From Eledone cirrhosa (lineage: Eukaryota), in NCBI GenBank assembly GCA_964016885.1, contig OZ024743.1, forward strand, positions 119,660,001-119,724,000: a DNA stretch of 64,000 bases, in the 5' to 3' direction. The notes beneath the pieces were generated by a model. That model saw nothing but the letters and a program-made list of their open reading frames with translations. It had not been told where the DNA came from and did no database searches. Position numbers and translations under genes: made by a program. Shown one piece after another: positions 54,551 through 64,000 of this stretch (the stretch's first letter is position 1; the number at the start of each line of letters is the position of its first letter).

Positions 54551-54998
54551 TTCTAGGGCGGGTAAAATTCCCGAGATCCATGGACGAGTTCTCTCCAGCG
54601 GTCTCTGTCCCTCATTATCGCTGCCATGTCCTGCGTCTCCAACAGACCAGTGTCTGTCCTTAGGGCATCAACATACGTTAACCTTGGTCTTCCTCTTCCA
54701 GTGTGACCTGAAAATCCGCCTGTTCATTTCTGTAGTGGAGTATGTGCTGCTGTACGGGTCTGAGACTTGGACACTGACCAAGAAACTCACTCAGATGGTG
54801 GATGGGTGCTACACGAGAATGCTGAGGATGGCGCTGAACATTAATCAGTATACACTGAGGATGAAAAACTCAGAGTTGCATTGGAGCCTCCCAAAAGTCA
54901 GCTCAAAAGTGACACAGAGGAGACTATGGTTAGCTGGACATGCTCACCGACATCCAGAGTTGACATTGCACTCAGTGCTCCTGTGGGATCCCCTACAT
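54551..54998 (-). mobile_element. RTE-X-like LINE 3' fragment with inverted 5' segment
   Basis: Minus 54708-54553 encodes GHTGRGRPRLTYVDALRTDTGL...DRDRWRELV*. Plus 54706-54998 encodes DLKIRLF...LLYGSETWTLT...RRLWLAGHAHRHPE...LLWDPLH. Confidence 0.85.
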
Positions 54999-55158
54999 AT
55001 ATATATAATATAATATAATATAATATAATATAATATAATATAATATAATATAATATAATATAAAAGAAAGATGTTTATTGGTTGGTTGGTTGAATCACAC
55101 GAAAACTACACACACACACATCTAAAAAGAGAGACAGGCAGAGAGATATAGGCCGTTG

Positions 55159-55222
<64 letters not shown>

Positions 55223-55224
55223 TA

Positions 55225-55965
55225 TGTCTATATATATATATACATAGATGCACACACATATACATGTACGTATGGATTCACCGAACATTTATTATAATGC
55301 TCGGTGTGTTTGTAAACAAACATCCCGTATTAAGCCGTAGTGTCCAGCAACCATCGTTGCTCATTTGTTCAACACTGACAAAGGAACGCTGTACTAGTTT
55401 CAAGCTTATTAGCTATCGTCAGCAACGTATACCTTCCTGCCAGATTGTTGAACGTATATACTTACCTTATGCATATTAACGGCTGAGTAGCCAATTTGCA
55501 TACCGAGTGGGTTAATTGGCCGGGTGCACCGAAAACGATAAACGGAAAAAATGAAACGAAACTTCATTTCCCACTCTTAGTACGGCTGTTACTTAAATAT
55601 AAGTATGTACACGTACATACATATATGTATACAGACGTACAGTAGTATGTATATATATATACATACATGCACACATATATACATGTACGTATGGATTCAC
55701 CGAACATTTATTATAATGCTCGGTGTGTTAGTAAACAAACATCCCGTATTAAGCCGTAGTGTCCAGCAAACATCGTAGCTCATTTGTTCAACACTGACAA
55801 AGGAACGCTGTACTAGTTTCAAGCTTATTAGCTATCGTCAGCGACACTACGGCTTAATGCGGGATGTTTGTTTACAAACACACCGAGCATTATAATAAAT
55901 GTTCGGTGAATCCATACGTACATGTATATATGTGTGCATGTATGTATATATATATATATACATAC
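55225..55965. repeat. repeat family D: ~1.5 tandem units (419-bp period) plus an inverted segment
   Basis: acatgtacgtatggattcaccg at 55262 and 55681; 55845-55965 is the reverse complement of the unit start. Confidence 0.85.
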
Positions 55966-56968
55966 GTTTCAGAGATATTGTCTCTGCATAAGAATTTAAC
56001 TATATCTATGATTCTGTCTAATGTGGGCGTCTTATATTGATCGCTATATATATTAAATTCTTTGTGGGACTAAAATGAAACAACTACTCTATTTTCTATG
56101 ACATGCATTCGTTTGGCAACGTAATTAATTAAATAAAATGTATTTATGCGGAATCTTTAGTTAAATCAATCATAAATAGCCATCGCCATAAAATCTCTTC
56201 CTAAACAGAATCAAGTGAGTAGTTATATTTTGATGTGAAAACAATAATCTCTGAAATGTGTTAAGTTATAACTTTTGATGTCTTTCTGTTTACAAAGGGA
56301 ACAATAGAAAGCGTTTATACTTCATTCTTTTCACAAGGCATTTAATTAAGAAAAACTGTTGTTATATCTACATGTATTACCATAACAGCAATGACACCAC
56401 CATCATCAGAGCAAGCCGCACATCCTAGGTCATCCTGTCCTCTTGGCTAGACTTACTGGAGATAGGTTGATAGCGAGAGCTACGGAGTACGGAAAAAGTA
56501 TTAGACCACAAGGTGAGATGTAGTAGTAAATATGTCAACAATAAAGTATTGGAATTTTACCCGGAGACTACATAATCGACCAATCAAAGGGCTGATACAT
56601 ATACTACTAGAATTTAACAATAAAAGAGATTCGTAGGTCTGCTGGCATAACAACTGGATGCTAATGAATGACCAGCGACATATCCCAATGATTACATAAC
56701 TACACCTATGAATGCATAGACATTTGTTGAAGTCACATGCATAAACATGTTTTATCTACTCTTATTTGATAAATGAATACTCCGTCACTCATAATCACCA
56801 ACTCTTAGCTGGGATAAACTACTGGCGTGAAGTGATTTGGGATCGCACGAACCGGCTTTTAACCTCAAGCAGTTACAACGTAACAACCACGTATAAGCAA
56901 AGACTTTCTACTTTCACCTTAAGCGGGATCATCTGAAACATATTATATATATATATATCAACTGAAAC

Positions 56969-57001
<33 letters not shown>

Positions 57002-57004
57002 TAT

Positions 57005-57124
57005 ATAGGAATGAGTAGGACCCCGACGGCTGAGCTCAAGCCGTTTCGTCGGCTAATTCTGGACGTCCAGAATTAGCTGTCGAAACGGCTTGAGCTCAGC
57101 CGTCGGGGTCCTACTCGTTCCTAT
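57005..57124. repeat. 120-bp spacerless palindrome
   Basis: Centred on gacgtc (57062-57067); the arms differ at about 4 positions. Confidence 0.92.
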
Positions 57125-57200
57125 TACCCACTCTACTACCCTAAGTATTGAGTACTTTGGTGCGTTATGGTCCACCTGGTTCCTTACCACATTTCCTCCG

Positions 57201-57289
<89 letters not shown>

Positions 57290-57578
57290 AATATATATAT
57301 ATGTGGGTGTGTGTATATAAATATATATATATATAGATAGATAGATAAATATACACGGGTGTGTATGATTGTGTATAGAAGATTATATTAATAAAAGGAA
57401 TTCCAACTTTGTCTGATTTACTCGTTTTATTTACAATCCTTTAAAATTTATAATGGTATTAGAATGAAATAGTATGGTAGAATATTAAATGTTAAGTGTT
57501 AATTGAACAAGTACTTTCGTGCTTTCGCAATCTTCAGGTTCATAATGTGTGGTGACAGTCAAGTTTGCAATTTTCAAC

Positions 57579-57655
<77 letters not shown>

Positions 57656-57826
57656 TGTGTGTTTCAGATGATCCCGCTTAAGGTAAAAGCAGAAAGTTTT
57701 GCTTAAACGTTTAGTCTGTACTAATATTTGCTGTACGGGTTTATATATTCTTGCATATATACAATCTTTAACGAGTCTTCTTTGGATTTCGGTCTTTGTA
57801 ATTAATTTTACTATACTTATTATTAC

Positions 57827-57864
<38 letters not shown>

Positions 57865-59124
57865 TTGATTATAACATTTTTCTTTACAACACCCCTTATC
57901 TGACACTCTACTTTACATATTCTTTCACCATTTCTCTTTCTCACACGCTGTCCCCCCTCCCCTCTCTCTCTCTCTCGCTCTCGCTCGCTCACTCTCTTAC
58001 TCTCAGACACACACACTCACACACACATGCACACATACATACTAACGCAATGTCTATTTATTCGTACTTAGGAATTCTTAATTAAAATGTAACTCTCTTC
58101 ATTCATTACAATCACCGCCATCACCGCCATCGCCATCAAAGCAAAAATAATTTACACCATCACCAATTAAATCACCATCATCCTTATATTCATCATCATC
58201 ATCATCATTATTTGTTTAAAATCTTTGTGGATGTCATCATCATCAGCGACATAAACAACAGCAACAACAGGAAAAACAACAGCAATTGCCACAAAACTAA
58301 CAGTAATGGCAGCAATCATATTTTAAACAACAATAGCTATAAGAATAACGACTTAAACATTATCTGCAATAACCAGGCTTAGGCCACGACCAAGGCCAAA
58401 GTACAATTGGAACCCTATAAATGCGGGTAATGAGGGTTGGTTTCACCAAAGATCACAGGCGATGTAGTGGTGGTAGTTCTAATAGTGATAGTCATAGTGA
58501 TAGAGAAGAAGAATGGTGATTATACTGACGATGGCAGCAATGGCGATGGTTGTAGTCTTGATGGCTGAGGCTGTTAAATTTGTCGTTGTTGTTGTTGTTA
58601 CGGAAGCGGCGGTAATGGGGGTTGTGACAATTGTGGTGATGTTGATGGTGGTAATAGTGATGGTGGTAGTGGTGGTATTGATGATGCTGATGATGAATGT
58701 GTTAGTGGTAATAGAAATATAGTAGTGTAGGATTCAACTGTAGTAGTTAAACAAACCTAAGATCAAAAGCAATCTAATTTTGGCCATTCAATATTTTCCT
58801 ATATGCAAGAAACCTACAACCACATTATCCAATATATCCTTTTCTAAGTCGAAAGAGTGTTAATTGAGGGAGATTTGGTTACTATTTTCCGCAGATCAAG
58901 TTACCATGTAAAGACACTTGCATTGACTCTGGTAAAGATTGGTGATTTATGATTGATAATGCCGGTGTCATTGGTAATGGTAGTGTTAGTAAAGGCAGTG
59001 GTGGTGGTAGTTGTACAGATGTCGATGAAATATTATAGAGATGCGCCCTAGCCGGCTCGCAATTCAATGAGTAAAAGAACAAAAGAACACATACATACAA
59101 TAATATATACAATTATATAAATAA

Positions 59125-59175
<51 letters not shown>

Positions 59176-59693
59176 TGTATATATATATATATATATATAT
59201 ACACAGAAGGAGATAAAGCCTTGTTTTCCAAATGCGATTTGATCAATAAAAGATCCAAGCTAATTAACAAGTGTAAGCACCAAGCACCGGATATTAAAAC
59301 CATAGCTCATCTTTAGAGATACACACGATTCTGGAGACGAAAAGGCCGGTAGCCAACTAAATCCCAGCAGTCAACAATACCTCCCAAACAGCACTGGAAA
59401 ACTAATGAGCCAATGATGAAGCTTTATTAACGTCCCTGGATTTGTTTGCAATGGCAACAGACTATCTTTCAAATGATACACTATCATTGCAAATAAAATG
59501 TATATATAAGACTAAATTAGATAATGTAGTATTTGATATAACTGGCTTTGAATAAAAGGTGGGACAGTCACTGCTGAAACATTTTTGACGTTAGCTGGGA
59601 TAAACAACAGTAACAGGAAAATCTCCGTTATTTTTAGTGGTTAGCACTAAATATGATAGGGTTTCACTAACATGATCAAACATCAATGTTAAA

Positions 59694-60833
59694 TCTATAA
59701 TATAAAGCTGACGGCCGTATGTATGCAACAAACTTTTCGCCAAACGGCTGGACCAAAGAGCACCAAATTTGGACCATAGATGTAACTTTTTCCAAGTAAA
59801 AAGTGGGGGTATTTTTATCTACTGAATGTTGTTAAAAGATTAAAAACATTATTTAAGTATTCACTTCTTTAAAATTTCAAATGTCAACACTTCCAGTTAT
59901 ACGACATTCCTCACTCTTTCTTAGTCTGTCTTTTTATATAGATACATAGCTATGACGTCGCGCCCTTATAATGTCTCTGTATGTCTGGCTGTCTGCATTA
60001 GATATGTAGCTATGACGTCGCACAACATTCCTCTCTTTTTCTTAGTCTGTCTTTTTATACAGATACATAGCTATAACGTCGCGCCCTTATAATATGTCTC
60101 TGTGTGTCTGCTGTCTGCATTAGATAACGTTTTTCGAAATATTTACTTCTGCGTTCACAGATTGATTTCTTTAGTTTCAGAAGATCCCGTTAAGGGTGAA
60201 AGCAGCGATTCTTTGCTTAAATTTTAATCTGTTATTTTAATATATATATTCGTGTACAGATAGTTTTGCATACACAAAAACAAAATATAAACAAACCTAT
60301 TTATTTCACGAAAGCACAGACGGCGTATCGTCATTGTTACTGCCGATATACCACCCAAAAAGTCCCAGCATGGCCGCAAGATCAGATTTTCCAGAAGAAA
60401 AAAATGTTACTAGAGCAAGAGAGTCTGAAAATGATCATGAACGTTGCCTTCAGCAGATGAGGACTCAAGCGAGAGCCATTTGATCAGCCCAGTCTCAAGA
60501 GCAGCGCCAGTATCGCCTTCAGCAACTGAGGTCCCGTGCAGAGGGCAGGAGAGCAACACAGAGAGAACAAGCCAGATTAGAGCAGGTGAGTTCAGAAGCT
60601 GATTGCATCCACATTGCATTACAACATCAGTGTGCCATACAGGTCCTTGCAAAACTGAGTCCGATGTTTAACTATTCAAACCCAACATCAGAGCACGTTA
60701 ACCCCCCACCCCCACCCCTACCCTCGCTGACTTGAGAGGGAGTGCGGTATCTTTTCACTGGAGTGGAGGGGGGATTCCTGAAAAGATAAAATGCCGGTAT
60801 ACCAAGCCGACGCCAGCCGGACGGGCCAGCTAG
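59694..60833 (+). mobile_element. non-autonomous Helitron with a coding remnant
   Basis: A^TCTATAATATAAAGCTG ... gccggacgggccagCTAG^T with no TSD; internal ~120-bp duplication at 59905-60125; R/E/Q-rich remnant at 60369-60585. Confidence 0.8.
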
Positions 60834-61718
60834 TATTCATATAAAACTTGCCTTGATTTGAAATATATATTCAAATAGCCTAATTAATTGAGCACTTATA
60901 TGTTTTTCAGGGTGTTTGGCTACCAGGTTTTATCTTACCGCCCCCAGAAAAGAAAATAACTTGTTGATAGGAAAACCATAATATTTCTTCATATTTTCCT
61001 CCAAATTGTCGGATTTTTGATTCTTTTGAAATGTGTGTATCTTATCATATTGCTTACCTTGTTCACTCTTTTACTCTCTTTTTCTGTTGGCGTGTGACTC
61101 CATCTTTATAAATCTTATTATGTTTTGTAACTAACATTTTTCTTTTTCCAGTTAAACTTCAAGAGAATTTGACAACCATATCTCGTATAAATTGTACTTG
61201 TTGGTGGTGTTATTTAGCTTCTGATCATTCTTGATTGAACAGACCTATGACCAAAGGTGTTCATGCTATTATCCGCCATCTCATCTTCAGAGATAATGTA
61301 ATAAACAATTTATCCGTCCCATTTTAAAGACAATAAAGTGTCATTTGAGAGATGTTTTGCTTTTATCCCTAGCAGGTATAGCGAGAATGTGAAGTCACCT
61401 TCATTGCCTTGGTTAAATCTGGTCTATTTTCCAAATTTCCTTTTTTTTTCTTCACTGTATGTGCTATAATTCTAATTAATTTTGAAGTATTTTGCTGAAA
61501 AGTATCAAAATTTTCCCTTTTTTTTATTTTTCCTCTATCTAAACCTTATTTTATAATTAGTTTAATTAATTAGTTTCCGTAAAAAATGTCGCGCTGTTGT
61601 CTTTTAAAATATTTTCTTCAGATTTTACTTTTGTTTTTTCTTGGTTGTTTTTGTTTGCTTTGGCGTGTTTAGCACCCCGTTTAGCTTTTCTTACGCACAA
61701 TCTTTTTAATGTCAGGGA

Positions 61719-61905
61719 CAGACCTGTCAACTCTCCCCCTCCGACGGGGAGATCTCCCACCCACTTTGGTTTGGGATGGGTAAGAGATGTCTTGTGAAAA
61801 GGGGCATAGCTTTCAAAATCTCCCTATTTGCCTCATTTCTGCCCGTTTTGGGGCACTTTTTTCGTGGTACTCCACGTTTGGGTTTTTTAGAGGTTGGCAG
61901 GTCTG
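61719..61905. mobile_element. 187-bp MITE
   Basis: TIRs cagacctgtcaac / gttggcaggtctg; flanks caggga / ccggga (possible 6-bp TSD). Confidence 0.7.
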
Positions 61906-61914
61906 CCGGGACGA

Positions 61915-62232
61915 TGTGTGGCTTAATGGTTACGGTATTCAGCTCACCATCGAAAGGCCGTGAGGTCGATTCATTAACTGGGTAGTATGTTGTATTCTTG
62001 AGTAAGTCGCTTTCTTTCATATTGCTGCAAGCTACTCAGCTTTCAAAAATGAGTTGTCTCTATAAATCAGGGAGCCAGCCTTGGAACATATTATGTCACG
62101 GTGAAACTCCCTTAGAACTACGTTAAAGGTACACGTGTCTGTGGAATGCTCAGCTATGTACACGTTAATTTCATGAGCATGCAGTTCCATTGATTGAATC
62201 AAGTGGACCGCCCGTCGTCGGAAACAACGAAG
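61915..62232 (+). mobile_element. SINE family F
   Basis: A-box gtggcttaatgg, degenerate B-box ggtcgattc, CORE-like centre. Confidence 0.75.
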
Positions 62233-62911
62233 GTCCAACATTCACACTCGCTCGCTCTGATCGATTGACAAGATCCCGGGCCTTATTCGCTTTGCTAAGT
62301 GGGGTCGACCTCGTCAAATCGGACCAAAGAAACAATGTTTCCCTCGATCTTAACAGTCGCAACTCCTGGTAGAAGGAGCAACGTGGAAATAAAGTGTCTT
62401 GCTCAAGGGCACAACACATCACCAGTTCCGAGAATTGAACCTTACGATTGCGAATCCAATTCTCAAACCACTAAGCCATGCGCCATCACGAAACATTCAC
62501 ACACACACACAACACATATACAGGGTCATAACAAATTTCGTATATAAAGTTTATTTAAAGTTAGCTTTCTTTACATGAAAGAACCACTATGTGAAAAAGA
62601 CAAGTATAAGAATATTTTAAGATTCATATGAATTCATACGTGATGTTGTTAATTTTCATATTCAATGATACAAATTATGTAACTCATGATAAATTTCTGA
62701 AGATCTAGAGACGCATTTTTGAGAGGATTTTCAATTGTATTCTTAATTACATTATTCTAATCGGCAAATCATCTATCAGTCTCCAATTATTTCATTAGGC
62801 AAACCTGGAATAATTATTTATTTAATAATTTTCAATAATGACATTTTTTTTAGTTGAGGGTAAGATATAAACATCTGTATTCTAAATGTTCTCTAGAGAA
62901 TAATCACACAC

Positions 62912-62973
<62 letters not shown>

Positions 62974-62988
62974 AAACACACACACAAA

Positions 62989-63039
<51 letters not shown>

Positions 63040-63321
63040 TTTTCCTTTCCTTTTATCCCGTAACTCCTTGAGAATTCGTAGGAGCGCTGTAGTGTCATAC
63101 AGCGTTTCTTGGGCATTTTAAGCCTGGCGGAGCTCACCCCCTTTCCAGGCCTGACTACAACAGAACGTGACAACAGAGGAATTGAGAAATAGTTGTAGAG
63201 GAAGAATTGAGTATCGTACAATGTACATTTCTTATCGACTTCGAATTGAAGAAAGGCAAAGTTGACCGCGGTGGACTTGAATTCAGAGAGCACAAAGCCG
63301 AAACGAATATATATATATATG

Positions 63322-63696
63322 TAATTGTTTCTACTTTTGGCACAAGGCCAGCAATTTCCCAGTACATTACTGATACTTTATTTCATCGACCCCGTAAGGA
63401 TGAAAGGAAAAGTTAACCTCGACGGGATTTGAACTCAGACCGTGATGGGACGTAACTATGCAAGAAAGCATGGCGTCCAACCCTCACCGATACTGTCAAT
63501 TCAATATAATTGTTTCTATTTTAGGCACAAGGCCAGCAATTACCCAGTGCATTACTGGTACTTTATTTTATCGACCCCGTAAGGATGAAAGGCAAAGTTA
63601 ACCTCGGCGGGATTTAAACTCAGATCATAAAGGGAGGTAACTCTATGCTTCAAAGCATGGCGCCCGACCCTCTACCAATACTGCCAATCCACCGCC
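63322..63696 (-). mobile_element. two tandem SINE family A copies
   Basis: The second copy has a perfect flanking duplication caattcaatataat at 63497-63510 and 63696-63709. Confidence 0.92.
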
Positions 63697-63782
63697 AATT
63701 CAATATAATGGCAAATTACCAGAGTCGTTAGATAAAACGCTTCGTGATATTTGTTTTGAATTCGTATTCTCTGAATTCAGAG

Positions 63783-63966
63783 TAGTGGATTGGTAGTATC
63801 GGTAGGGGGTTGGACACCATAGTTTGCAGCAAAGAGTTACGGCCCTTTATGATCTGAGTTCAAATCCCGCCCAGTTTAACTTTACTTTTCATCCTTACGG
63901 GGTCGATAAAATAAAGTACGAGTAATACACTGAGATAATTGCTGGCCTTGTGCCAAAAGTAGAAAC

Positions 63967-63972
<6 letters not shown>
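63783..63972 (+). mobile_element. SINE family A
   Basis: A and B boxes, core, and tail running into (TA)n. Confidence 0.9.

Positions 63973-64000
<28 letters not shown>

Overview
This is AT-rich, microsatellite-dense eukaryotic DNA with one 200-N gap (28087-28286). Composition and repeat landscape suggest a coleoid cephalopod (Octopus-like); that is inference, not a database match. I found no host protein-coding exon, tRNA or rRNA gene, and nearly all ORF-track entries are translations of simple repeats. The window is a transposon graveyard. It holds a degenerate RTE LINE with three C-terminal C2H2 fingers (50435-53484), two R4/Dong-type LINE fragments, a Penelope-like RT fragment, an RTE-X-like fragment with a clean 5' inversion, and a gag/ORF1-like remnant. 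It also holds two canonical Helitrons, several MITEs, about 20 copies of one tRNA-derived SINE, other SINEs, and short bipartite RTE derivatives. Four observations stand out. (1) Both R4/Dong insertions sit in the (TATG)n tails of RTE-family elements, antisense to them. (2) A conserved twister-like structured 5' module heads three different short RTE derivatives. (3) A minimal hammerhead ribozyme lies in a palindrome whose mirror copy is cut by a Helitron, and variant hammerhead-like motifs occur elsewhere. (4) A non-L1 LINE shows a twin-priming signature. Boundaries are hand-read and approximate unless termini or TSDs are quoted.
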